Shown here piece after piece: positions 46,556 to 55,135 of a DNA stretch of 64,000 bases. This stretch comes from Acidimicrobiia bacterium. Lineage in GTDB: Bacteria; Actinomycetota; Acidimicrobiia; Acidimicrobiales; CADCSY01. The notes beneath the pieces were generated by a model, which did no database searches, was not told the DNA's origin, and was given only the letters and a program-made list of their open reading frames with translations. Location: positions 3,248-67,247 of the forward strand of contig JBFWQW010000004.1 in assembly GCA_050249235.1 (NCBI GenBank). The letters run 5' to 3'. Numbering within the stretch: the first letter of the stretch is position 1; each line of letters starts with the position of its first letter. The position numbers and the translations under genes are program-made.

Positions 46556-46587
46556 GGCGAGGCCCGAGCTCCGGCTCGGGCCTCGCC
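46556..46587. terminator. bidirectional stem-loop between convergent genes
   Basis: GGCGAGGCCCGAGC (46556-46569), loop TCCG, GCTCGGGCCTCGCC (46574-46587): a perfect 14-bp stem. A second small hairpin is at 46519-46536. Confidence 0.6.
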
Positions 46588-46615
46588 CGCGCCCGGCGCC
46601 TGGTCCGCTGGCCTC

Positions 46616-47467
46616 TCAGGCGGGGAAGTGGGCGACGACCTCGTCGCCGAAGCGGCGGATGCCGTCCACGGCCTCGCGCACGGACGTCCAGGGCGCCACG
46701 AGGACGCGGTCGACGCCGAGGTCCTCGAGGCGCTTGATGCCGTCGACGGTGGTGCCGGCGATCGCCCCGAGCGTCACCTCGAACGGACCGGTGCGGCCGT
46801 AGCGCTCCCGCAGGGCGGCGACCTTCTCGAGGTTGCCCGGCAGCGTGTCGAGGGTCTGCTCCATCGGGATCCACCCGTCACCGAGCTCGGCCGCCCGGCG
46901 CATGGCGGCCGGCGAGTCGCCACCGATCACCATGGGCGGGTACGGGTCCTGGACCGGCTTCGGGAAGAACTGGACCGGCTGGAACTCGAAGAACTCGCCC
47001 GAGTGCTCGGTGACGTCCTCGGTGAAGAGGCGCTGGATGATGCGGATCGACTCGTCGACCCGCTTGCCCCGGGTGGCGAAGTCCAGCTGGACCGCCTGCC
47101 ACTCCTCCGACATCCAGCTCGAGCCGATGCCGAACTCCACCCGCCCACCGGTCATGAGGTCGGCGGTGGTGACGGCCCGGGCGGTCACGAACGGGTGGCG
47201 GAGCCCGACGTTGTAGACGTTGGTGCCGAAGCGGATGGTCGACGTCTGGGGGGCGAGGAAGGCGATCTGCATCCACACGTCCCACACCGGCAGGTCCGAC
47301 GGGATCGGCGACTCGCCGTCGTCGGGGTGGCCGGGGTGGCCGTGCATCGACACCGGCATGATCAGGTGCTCGGGCAGCCACACCGACTCGAAGCCGGCCG
47401 CCTCCGCCTCCTGGGTGAACGACACCCAGTTGCGGGGCCCCACCATCAACGGCATCCCGAACTTCAT
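46616..47467 (-). CDS. LLM-class (luciferase-like) F420/flavin-dependent oxidoreductase
   Basis: FGTNVYNVGLRHPFVTARAVTTADLMTGGRVEFGIGSSW and PPMVIGGDSPAAMRRAAELGDGW are typical LLM-family segments. Confidence 0.85.
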   Translation of the reverse strand: MKFGMPLMVGPRNWVSFTQEAEAAGFESVWLPEHLIMPVSMHGHPGHPDDGESPIPSDLPVWDVWMQIAFLAPQTSTIRFGTNVYNVGLRHPFVTARAVTTADLMTGGRVEFGIGSSWMSEEWQAVQLDFATRGKRVDESIRIIQRLFTEDVTEHSGEFFEFQPVQFFPKPVQDPYPPMVIGGDSPAAMRRAAELGDGWIPMEQTLDTLPGNLEKVAALRERYGRTGPFEVTLGAIAGTTVDGIKRLEDLGVDRVLVAPWTSVREAVDGIRRFGDEVVAHFPA

Positions 47468-47513
47468 CCCCAGGCTCCTCGGTCGTCTCGCTCGCTCGAT
47501 GGGACGGGCCCGA

Positions 47514-48449
47514 TCAGCCCTTCAGGCCGGCCCGGTAGTCCCGCCACCGGCGGGGGAGCCAGCAGTCCTGGTCCTCGCCCCAGCCCTGCCAGCCGTCGCA
47601 GCGCCAGTCCATCAGGCTGTTCCAGCACAGCATCGACGGATAGGTCTTGAAGACGTTGTGGTTGACGGCGGTGCCCTCGGCCTCGAAGGAGCGGCCCATG
47701 TCGTCGACGGCTTCGATGCGGATCGACGTCGGGTGCCCGGCGTCGTCGCGCTCGACGAAGCGGCGACCACTGCTGACGTGCGACCAGACGCCCTCCCGGA
47801 TCAGGAAGCCGGTGGTGATGTCCCAGCGGCCGGCCGTCTTGCACTGGCTCACGGCGAGGAAGGCGTTGTCGGGGTCGCCGGTGGCGTAGTTGTAGCCGAC
47901 GGTGGGCTGGCGGCCGTCCTGGCGGGGCCCCCACGAGCGGTCCCGCATGGCGTAGCTGTCGACGGGGATGGTCTCGCCCTCGAGGACCATCTCGCCCGTG
48001 AAGCGGCAGAGCTGGTCGATGTGGCCCTTGTTGAAGGGGGGCGTGCCGTTGGTGACGAGGGGCTTGATGATGCCCTCCACCTCGAGGTGCAGCTCGAGGT
48101 CGCGGCTCTTGTAGCCGAGCTCGTACCGGCGGGCCGGCTCGAGGCACTTGATCGTCATGCCGTTGGCCAGCTCGGCGTCGCGCAGGTCGAGGCCCTCGGG
48201 GATCTCCTGGTGCCAGTCGTAGTCGAACACCGGCACCTCCCACTCGAGGTCGCCGCGGTCGTCGTAGACCACGACGCCGCCGAACTGCACACCGATGTTG
48301 TGGCGGAAGACGGGATAGAAGTAGCCGATCATCTTGCGCTCCGGCACGAACCAGGCGTTCCACCACGTCTCGGTCCACCACCGGTCGTCGGTGCGGGGGT
48401 GGAACATGTCGTCCTCGGGCGTCAGGCCCCACTCGTCCAGGTAGCTCAT
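47514..48449 (-). CDS. conserved-looking hypothetical protein, Trp/Cys-rich, function unknown
   Basis: 311 aa with clean codon usage and no TM segment or signal peptide. WWTETWWNAWF lies near the N-terminus and CWNSLMDWRCDGWQGWGEDQDCW near the C-terminus. I recognise no family with certainty. Confidence 0.75.
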   Translation of the reverse strand: MSYLDEWGLTPEDDMFHPRTDDRWWTETWWNAWFVPERKMIGYFYPVFRHNIGVQFGGVVVYDDRGDLEWEVPVFDYDWHQEIPEGLDLRDAELANGMTIKCLEPARRYELGYKSRDLELHLEVEGIIKPLVTNGTPPFNKGHIDQLCRFTGEMVLEGETIPVDSYAMRDRSWGPRQDGRQPTVGYNYATGDPDNAFLAVSQCKTAGRWDITTGFLIREGVWSHVSSGRRFVERDDAGHPTSIRIEAVDDMGRSFEAEGTAVNHNVFKTYPSMLCWNSLMDWRCDGWQGWGEDQDCWLPRRWRDYRAGLKG

Positions 48450-48474
48450 CGGGTCCCCTCCATCGGATCGGCGG

Positions 48475-49830
48475 TCATTGTGGATCGGAACCGTTGCCGA
48501 GGCCGATCCGCTGCGCCCGCTCGATGCGGCGCACGGCGTTCGGGAGGGCCATGGCGGCCCGGTCGGCGGCCCGGGCCAGCACCGTCGCCACGCCCAGGAG
48601 CTCGTCGTCGGCAGCCGAGTCGAGGTGGGCCATGAGCGCCGACCGCGGGGGCAGGCCCAGCGAGCGGAGGTCGTCGTCGAAGCCGTCGCGCTCCCATTCG
48701 GCCTGGGCCGCCGAGTCCCGCAGGTAGCCGACGACGAGGCTCGGCTCGCGATCCAGCTCGACCGACGCGAGGAGCCGCTCGGCGGGCTGGGTCTGGGGCG
48801 TGACCCGCCTCACCGGCACCTGGCCGAGCAGGCGCAGCGACCCGCCCACGAGGGACAGGAGCTGGGATCCGAGCAGGGCGTCGAAGGTGAGGATCACCAT
48901 CGACTGCACGAAGGCGCCGGCCGTGGGCGGCCGGCGGAGGTCGGCGTACATGCCGAGGGAGCTCTTCCACATGACGAAGGCAAGGTGCCAGCGGAGCCGA
49001 TCGGGGTCGAGGGCCCGCCCGGCGGCGGCCTCGTACTCTTCCAGGCGCTGCTTCGGGTCGCCGAAGGACGTGTGGGCGCCCCGCATCCAGAGCCAGGCCA
49101 GGTCCTCGTGGGGGTCGCCGACATGGGCCAGCTCCCAGTCGATCATGGCGGACACCCGGCCCCCGTCGACCATGAAGTTGCCGGCGCCGGCGTCGCCGTG
49201 CACGAGCGAGGGCCGCTCGTCGGTGGCCGGCAGGGTGGCGGCCAGGACCCGGGCGCCGAGCCGGATGATCGGCTCCTCCATCGCGCCCCGGTCGGCGGCG
49301 TAGCCGGTCCACCAGCGCAGCTCGTCGTCGAGGGCCTCGGCCATCGTGTCGAACTGGTCGATCGGGAACTCGGCGGCGTCGGCGGCGTGGACGGCGGCCA
49401 CCAGCGAGAGGTACTCGGGTGCCACCCGCTCGATCTCCTCGGCGTCAGGGCGGCTCGTCCCCGGCACCAGGTCCATCAGGAGCCCGGGCGGATCGCCCGG
49501 CGTGCCGAGCACCCGGGGCACGGGCCAGCCCAGCCGGGCCGCCACCGGGAGCACCGCCGCCTCCCGGGTCAGGCCGTAGCGCCGGCCGGCGAAGCCGCCC
49601 TCGGCCCGGTAGAAGGCCACCGGGGTGGCCGGGTGCCGGGGATCGCGCACCTCGTAGGCGATGTGGCTGGCGCCCCCCGCCGGCGCCATCGCCAGCGCGA
49701 CCGCGGGCAGCCCGAGGCACGCGGCGACCTCGGCTTCCAGCTGGGACAGGTCCACGTCGGCCTGGTCGGACACCTCGACGACCTCCCCGGTCGGCGGCGA
49801 TCCTCGCGCGCCCCGGAGCCCGGCCGCCAT
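48475..49830 (-). CDS. phosphotransferase (APH/choline-kinase-like) family protein
   Basis: LVHGDAGAGNFMV (catalytic loop HxDxxxxN) and IDWELAHVGDPHEDL (DxE/D metal site) are typical of ACAD-associated aminoglycoside-phosphotransferase-fold kinases. Confidence 0.8.
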   Translation of the reverse strand: MAAGLRGARGSPPTGEVVEVSDQADVDLSQLEAEVAACLGLPAVALAMAPAGGASHIAYEVRDPRHPATPVAFYRAEGGFAGRRYGLTREAAVLPVAARLGWPVPRVLGTPGDPPGLLMDLVPGTSRPDAEEIERVAPEYLSLVAAVHAADAAEFPIDQFDTMAEALDDELRWWTGYAADRGAMEEPIIRLGARVLAATLPATDERPSLVHGDAGAGNFMVDGGRVSAMIDWELAHVGDPHEDLAWLWMRGAHTSFGDPKQRLEEYEAAAGRALDPDRLRWHLAFVMWKSSLGMYADLRRPPTAGAFVQSMVILTFDALLGSQLLSLVGGSLRLLGQVPVRRVTPQTQPAERLLASVELDREPSLVVGYLRDSAAQAEWERDGFDDDLRSLGLPPRSALMAHLDSAADDELLGVATVLARAADRAAMALPNAVRRIERAQRIGLGNGSDPQ

Positions 49831-49865
49831 CCCGGCGGCTGGACGTCAGCCCGGCCGGGCGGGCC

Positions 49866-50753
49866 TCACCGGCGGTTCTCGTCGACGGCGGTCTGGTCGG
49901 CGACGGTGTCGTCGTCGGGCCCGGGTGCCCAGCGGGTGTGGTCGGGGTCGATCGTCCGCGTCGAGTCGACGGGCGCGTCGGCGTCGCGGTCGCGGTCGCG
50001 GTCGCGGACCGTGCCCCCCGTGCGGTCGGTGGTCGTCGCGACGGGCTCGACCTCGCCCACCCTCACGCCGGCCGCCGACGTCGGGGCCGTGGTGGCCAGC
50101 ACCCGCTCCTCGGCCTCGGCGTGGCGGGCATCGGCGGTCTCGAGCCGATCGTGGCCGCTGGCGCGGAGGCGGGCCTCGGGGCCGACGGCCGGGTCGAGGG
50201 CCCGGGCGACCAGGCGGCCGTGCCACCGCTCGCCCCAGAGCCCACCGGCGACGGCGCCGACGAAGGCGGCGACCAGCGAGCCGATGCCGGCCAGCGAGGC
50301 GGCGTCCCCCCACTCGTCGCGGGTGCCGGGCGTGCCGAGGTCGCGGAGGAGGCCCACGATCCGGTCGGACTCCGTGACCTCGTCGGCGAACCACACCGCC
50401 AGCCCGGCCAGGGCCACGCCACCCACGAAGACGCCGAGGCCGTGGAGGAGCCCGCCCCGGCGGGCCATCCGGCCGGCCGCGTAGCCGCCGAGCAGGAAGG
50501 CGGCCGCCATCACCGCGATCGTTGCCACCGCCACGCCGTCGGCCATGTCGCCCCAGTCTCGGTCGAGGAAGTCCTCGTCGGCGCCGGCCCAGTCGGCGAC
50601 GGCGGCCACCAGCCCGGAGAGGAACACGAACGCCCCGAAGGCGGTCATCGTCCCGGCCAGCACGCTGATGGCCGAGAAGGGCGAGTAGCCGGCGTCGCGC
50701 ACCAGCCGTCGCCGGTCACGAGCGGTCTCGGTCGTGGCTGACGAGCGGGCCAT
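49866..50753 (-). CDS. hypothetical membrane protein with Gly/Ala-rich helices and charged repeat tail
   Basis: 295 aa from MARSSATT with about 4 hydrophobic helices. The C-terminal third is acidic/Arg-rich and includes RDRDRDRD, encoded by GTCGCG x4 at 49983-50006. Confidence 0.6.
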   Translation of the reverse strand: MARSSATTETARDRRRLVRDAGYSPFSAISVLAGTMTAFGAFVFLSGLVAAVADWAGADEDFLDRDWGDMADGVAVATIAVMAAAFLLGGYAAGRMARRGGLLHGLGVFVGGVALAGLAVWFADEVTESDRIVGLLRDLGTPGTRDEWGDAASLAGIGSLVAAFVGAVAGGLWGERWHGRLVARALDPAVGPEARLRASGHDRLETADARHAEAEERVLATTAPTSAAGVRVGEVEPVATTTDRTGGTVRDRDRDRDADAPVDSTRTIDPDHTRWAPGPDDDTVADQTAVDENRR

Positions 50754-50824
50754 GGTCCACCTCCGTGGAGACGCGTTCTCCGTGCCGCCACCGCTACCCC
50801 GCGGGCCCGCCGCCGAAGCCGCCT

Positions 50825-50902
50825 CCCGTTCTTTCCCTCCCTGTCGACCCGTTCTCTGTCGACGCCGCCGGTACAACCCCGGCCCGGTCGACGAGGAACG
50901 GG
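50825..50902. repeat. inverted-repeat family locus with duplicated left arm
   Basis: CCCGTTCTTTCCCTCCCTGTCGAC (50825-50848), CCCGTTCTCTGTCGAC (50848-50863) and GTCGACGAGGAACGGG (50887-50902). The right arm ends 8 nt from the stop codon at 50911. Confidence 0.65.
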
Positions 50903-50910
50903 GAGGACGG

Positions 50911-52071
50911 TCAGCGGGGGCGGGAGGCGAAGAAGGAGCTGACCTCGTCGACGAAGAGGTCGGGCACCTGCATGGCGGGGAAGTGGCCGCCGGCCGGCAG
51001 GTCGGACCAGCGCACCACGTTGAAGGCCGACTCGATCCAGCGGCGGGGTGAGTTGAAGGGCTCGCCCGGGTAGCGGGCGAAGCCGATCGGGACCTCCGGA
51101 TGTGGCCTGCCCACCCGGGGCCCGACCCGCTCCGGGCCGATCGTCTCGTGGTACATGCGCATCGACGCGTTGATCGTGCCGGTGAACCAGTAGATCGACA
51201 GGTTGTCGAGCAGCCGGTCGGGGGAGAAGGCGGCCAGGCCGTCGCCGCCTGTCCAGGCCTGGAACTTCTCGAGGATCCAACCGGCCAGCCCGGCGGGGGA
51301 GTCGGTGAGCCCGTAGGCCAGCGACTGGGGCCGGGTGGCGTGGACCTGCTGGTAGGCGGACTCGAGCGCCCGGAACCGGGCCGAAGCGGCCAGCTCGGCC
51401 TCCTCGGCCCCGTCGACCGGTCCGGGCCCGTCCTTCGGCGGCCCGGCGACGAGCAGGTTGAGGTGGAGCGCGGCCACCCGGTCGGGATGGCGGGCGCTCA
51501 CCTCGGAGACGACCATCGAGCCCCAGTCGCCGCCCTGGCAGAAGTAGCGGTCGTAGCCGAGCCGCTCCATCACCTCGGCGAAGGCGGCGGCCGTCCGGCC
51601 GATGTCCCAGCCGGCCTCCCTCGTCGGGCCGCTGAACCCGTAGCCGGGGAGCGACGGGGCCACGACGTGGAGGGCCCCGGCCGGGTCGCGCCCGTGGGCG
51701 GCCGGGTCGGTGAGCGGGCCGAGCACGTCCCAGAACTCGGCGACCGAACCCGGCCAGCCGTGGGCGAGCAGCAGGGGCCGGGCCCCGGGCTCGGGCGAGC
51801 GGACGTGCAGGAGGTGGAGATGCTGACCGTCGACCGTGGTCGTGACCTGCGGGAACCGGTTGCATCGCTCGACGAAGGCGTCGAAGTCGAAGTCGTCCCG
51901 CCAGCGCCGGCACAGCGCCTGCAGCGGGGCCAGCGCCGTCCCGCGAGTCCACCCCACGCCGGGGAGCTCGTCGGGCCAGCGGGTGCGGGCCAGGCGGCCG
52001 CGCAGGTCCTCGACGGCGTCGGGGTCGAGCTCGAACGTCCAGGGAGCGAAGCCCGGAGTCGCCGCCGTCAC
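50911..52071 (-). CDS. epoxide hydrolase (alpha/beta fold with EH N-terminal domain)
   Basis: FTVAVPDEALADL-like N-terminal domain (WTFELDPDAVEDLRGRLARTRWPDE), LLLAHGWPGS, the nucleophile motif GGDWGS, and the C-terminal GGHFPAME-like GGHFPAMQ are present. The GTG overlaps the SDR stop (GTGA). Confidence 0.85.
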   Translation of the reverse strand: MTAATPGFAPWTFELDPDAVEDLRGRLARTRWPDELPGVGWTRGTALAPLQALCRRWRDDFDFDAFVERCNRFPQVTTTVDGQHLHLLHVRSPEPGARPLLLAHGWPGSVAEFWDVLGPLTDPAAHGRDPAGALHVVAPSLPGYGFSGPTREAGWDIGRTAAAFAEVMERLGYDRYFCQGGDWGSMVVSEVSARHPDRVAALHLNLLVAGPPKDGPGPVDGAEEAELAASARFRALESAYQQVHATRPQSLAYGLTDSPAGLAGWILEKFQAWTGGDGLAAFSPDRLLDNLSIYWFTGTINASMRMYHETIGPERVGPRVGRPHPEVPIGFARYPGEPFNSPRRWIESAFNVVRWSDLPAGGHFPAMQVPDLFVDEVSSFFASRPR

Positions 52072-52973
52072 GCCGGCACGTTCCCGAGCATGTCGGCGTT
52101 GGCCCGGGCCGCCTCGAGCAGGGGCCGGAGGGCGGCGTCGACGGCGTGGGGGTCGTCGACGGCGCCGGTGGCTGGACCCCGGGCCCATCCCTCGGCCACG
52201 TAGAGGGCCCGCCCGGACGCGCCGATCACCCGTCCGGTGACCCCGGCCGACAGGGGCGAGGCCAGCCACACCAGGGCGGGCGACACGTACTTCGGGTCGA
52301 GCACCCCCTGCTTGGCCTCGTCGCTCTCGGCGAACCGGGTGCCCTCCATCATCCGGGTCATCGCCGTGGGGCACAGGGCGTTGACGGTGACGCCGTAGCG
52401 GGCCAGCTCCATGGCGGCGATCACGGTGAAGGAGGCGATGCCGGCCTTGGCCGCGCCGTAGTTGGCCTGGCCGGGCTGGCCGTAGAGGCCCGAGGCCGAG
52501 GTGGTGTTGACGATCCGGGCATCGGGCAGGTCGCCGGCCTTGGTCCGCTCCCGCCAGTGGTTGGCGGCCACCGACGTGAGGAGGAACGTGCTCTTGAGGT
52601 GCACCCGCAGGACGGCGTCCCAGTCGTCCTCCGTCATGGCGACGATGGTGCGGTCGCGGAGGATCCCGGCGTTGTTGACGACCACGTCGAGCCGGCCCCA
52701 GGTGTCGAGGGCCTGGCCCACCAGGCGGGTGGCGCCCTCCATGGTGGCGACATCGTCGAGGTTGGCGACCGCCTCACCGCCGGCGGCCACGATCGCCTCG
52801 ACCGCCTCCCGGGCCGCGTCGGACGACGCCGGCCCGCCGTCGGTCGGGACACCGAGGTCGTTCACCACGACCCGGGCGCCCTCCCGGGCCAGCGCCTCGG
52901 CGTGCGACCGCCCGATGCCCCGCCCGGCGCCGGAGATCACGCACACCCGGCCCTCGCAGAGCCCGGCGCTCAC
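52068..52973 (-). CDS. SDR family oxidoreductase, MFE-2-type (3R)-hydroxyacyl-CoA dehydrogenase-like
   Basis: ISGAGRGIGRSHAEALAREGARVVVNDLG, VNNAGILRD and YGAAKAG (YxxxK) are present. The VVVNDLG context resembles the dehydrogenase domain of multifunctional enzyme type 2. The GTGA overlap is with MaoC. Confidence 0.9.
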   Translation of the reverse strand: MSAGLCEGRVCVISGAGRGIGRSHAEALAREGARVVVNDLGVPTDGGPASSDAAREAVEAIVAAGGEAVANLDDVATMEGATRLVGQALDTWGRLDVVVNNAGILRDRTIVAMTEDDWDAVLRVHLKSTFLLTSVAANHWRERTKAGDLPDARIVNTTSASGLYGQPGQANYGAAKAGIASFTVIAAMELARYGVTVNALCPTAMTRMMEGTRFAESDEAKQGVLDPKYVSPALVWLASPLSAGVTGRVIGASGRALYVAEGWARGPATGAVDDPHAVDAALRPLLEAARANADMLGNVPA

Positions 52974-53476
52974 CCCGCCTCCTCGGCCCCGACGCCCCGC
53001 TGCATGCGGGTGGGGCGGTAGACGAGCACGACGTCGCCCTCCTGGTTGAGCACGGTGTTGGTGGACGTGACGATGCCGCGGCCCGGGCGACTGGTGGCCC
53101 GCGACGCGGTGACCTCGACGACGACCTCGACGGTGTCGCCGACGTACACCGGGTCGCGCACCTCCATCTCGAGGCCGAGGAAGGCGATGCCAGTGCCGTG
53201 CAGGACGTTCGTCTGGAGCACGAGGCCCTCGGCCAGCACGAGGGTGAGCATGCCGGGCACGACCCGGCCCCGGTAGCCGAGCTCGGTCGCCCGGCGGGCG
53301 TCGAGGAACATCGACCCGATGAAGCCGGCCAGCCCGACGAAGCTCACCAGGTCGGTCTCGGTGACGGTGCGGGCCGCCGACCGGAACCGGAAGCCGACGG
53401 GTTGGTCCTCCCACGTGAGCCCGTGGGCGAGCGGGGCGACGTCGCCGAAGCCGTCGGCGGCGGGTCGGTCGGGCAC
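52970..53476 (-). CDS. MaoC-family (R)-specific enoyl-CoA hydratase/dehydratase
   Basis: 168 aa with hot-dog-fold motifs TVTETDLVSFVGLAGFIGSMFLD and GDTVEVVVEVT. The GTG start is at 53476. Confidence 0.85.
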   Translation of the reverse strand: MPDRPAADGFGDVAPLAHGLTWEDQPVGFRFRSAARTVTETDLVSFVGLAGFIGSMFLDARRATELGYRGRVVPGMLTLVLAEGLVLQTNVLHGTGIAFLGLEMEVRDPVYVGDTVEVVVEVTASRATSRPGRGIVTSTNTVLNQEGDVVLVYRPTRMQRGVGAEEAG

Positions 53477-53560
53477 CTGCGGACAGTAGCCAGCGGCCCG
53501 CAGGCCCGACCCGCCCCGCTGGTAGGTTGCGCGGCGCCCTCGACCCAGGAGCCCGCCCGC

Positions 53561-54334
53561 ATGTCCGATGCCGAGCCGCTGGTGAAGCTGGAGTCCGACG
53601 GCGCCGTGCGCATCGTCACGCTCAACCGCCCCGACGCCCGCAACGCCTTCAACGACCCGCTCAAGCTGGCCTTCGTCGACGTGCTCCGCCAGCTGGCCCG
53701 CGACCAGTCGGCGCGGGCCGTCCTGCTCACCGGCGCCGGCTCGTCGTTCAGCGGCGGTGGCGACATCAGCAACTTCGCCAACCGCTACGAGTTCGAGAAC
53801 CGCTTCTACTGGATGCGCGAGGCCCGGTTGCTGGCCGACGAGATGCTGCGCTGCCACCTGCCGATCGTGGCCGCCCTCAACGGCCCGGCAGTCGGGCTGG
53901 GGTGCAGCCTCGCCATCATGAGCGACATCGTCCTCATCGCCGAGGACGCCTTCATGGCCGACCCCCACGTCGGCGTCGGCCTGGTGGCGGCCGACGGCGG
54001 GGCCGTCCTCTGGCCCCTGCTGATGAGCTACCTGAAGGCCAAGGAGTACCTGCTCCTCGGCGAGCGGATCCCCGCCGCCGAGGCGGTGCAGCTCGGCCTG
54101 GCCAACCGGGTCGTCCCCACCGCCGAGATCCACGCCGAGGGGCTGAAGCTGGCCCACCGCCTGGCCGAGCTGCCCTGGCAGGCGGTGCAGGAGACCAAGC
54201 GGGCCATCAACCTCCACCTCCAGGAGGCGGCCATGCGGGTGATGCCTATGGCGACGACGGCCGAGAGCGAGTCGTTCAACACCGAGGCCATCCAGGAGTT
54301 CATGGACCGCTTCGGCGCCGGCGGGAAGGCCTAG
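53561..54334 (+). CDS. enoyl-CoA hydratase/isomerase (crotonase) family
   Basis: VRIVTLNRPDARNAF, LTGAGSSFSGGGD and IVAALNGPAVGLGCSLA are crotonase signatures. AGGAG lies 8 nt upstream of the ATG. Confidence 0.9.
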   Translation: MSDAEPLVKLESDGAVRIVTLNRPDARNAFNDPLKLAFVDVLRQLARDQSARAVLLTGAGSSFSGGGDISNFANRYEFENRFYWMREARLLADEMLRCHLPIVAALNGPAVGLGCSLAIMSDIVLIAEDAFMADPHVGVGLVAADGGAVLWPLLMSYLKAKEYLLLGERIPAAEAVQLGLANRVVPTAEIHAEGLKLAHRLAELPWQAVQETKRAINLHLQEAAMRVMPMATTAESESFNTEAIQEFMDRFGAGGKA

Positions 54335-54343
54335 GGGCGACCG

Positions 54344-55135
54344 GTGGCCTCCGACGCCGGCGTCGTGCTCTCAGAGGTCGCCGACGGCGTGGCCACGCTG
54401 ACGTTCAACCGTCCCGAGGCGAACAACGGCTGGAGCATCGAGATGGAGGAGCGCTACTTCGAGCTCCTCGACGAGGCCGAGCGCGACGACCGGGTGCGGG
54501 CCGTCGTGGTCACCGCCGCCGGCCGCCACTTCTGCCCCGGGCTCGACCTGCAGCGGCTGGCGGCCAAGGCCGACGGCGTGCCCGCCCCCGAGCGGCAGCT
54601 CCCGGTCACCTACCCGCTGCGGATGCCCAAGCCCATGGTGTGCGCCATCAACGGCACCGCGGCCGGCATCGGCCTCGTGCACGCCGCCGTGTGCGACATC
54701 CGCTTCGCCGCCGAGGGCACCCGGATGGCGACGTCGTTCACCCGCCGGGGCCTGGTGGCCGAGCACCTGCTGTCGTGGCTGCTGCCCCGCATGGTCGGCC
54801 ACGCCAACGCCAGCGACCTGCTGCTCTCCGGGCGGGTCTTCACCGCCGAAGAGGCGCTGGCCATGGGGTTCCTCAACCGGGTGGTGCCGGCCGACGCCCT
54901 GCTCGACGAGGCCACCGCCTACGCCCGCGACCTGGCCGACAACTGCTCGCCCCTCTCGATGGCGCAGGTGAAGGGCCAGCTGCTGGACGACTGGCTCCGG
55001 TCGCGGGGCGAGTCGCTCGACGCCTTCGAGGCGCTCAAGGACGATCCCCGCCGGGCCGCCGAGCTCGCCGAGGGCGTCGCCAGCTTCCGGGAGAAGCGCC
55101 CGCCCCGCTTCGCACCGCTCCCGTACGGGCCGTGA
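54344..55135 (+). CDS. enoyl-CoA hydratase/isomerase (crotonase) family
   Basis: ATLTFNRPEANNGW, VVVTAAGRHFCPGLD and VCAINGTAAGIGLVHA are crotonase signatures. It has a GTG start. Confidence 0.9.
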   Translation: MASDAGVVLSEVADGVATLTFNRPEANNGWSIEMEERYFELLDEAERDDRVRAVVVTAAGRHFCPGLDLQRLAAKADGVPAPERQLPVTYPLRMPKPMVCAINGTAAGIGLVHAAVCDIRFAAEGTRMATSFTRRGLVAEHLLSWLLPRMVGHANASDLLLSGRVFTAEEALAMGFLNRVVPADALLDEATAYARDLADNCSPLSMAQVKGQLLDDWLRSRGESLDAFEALKDDPRRAAELAEGVASFREKRPPRFAPLPYGP

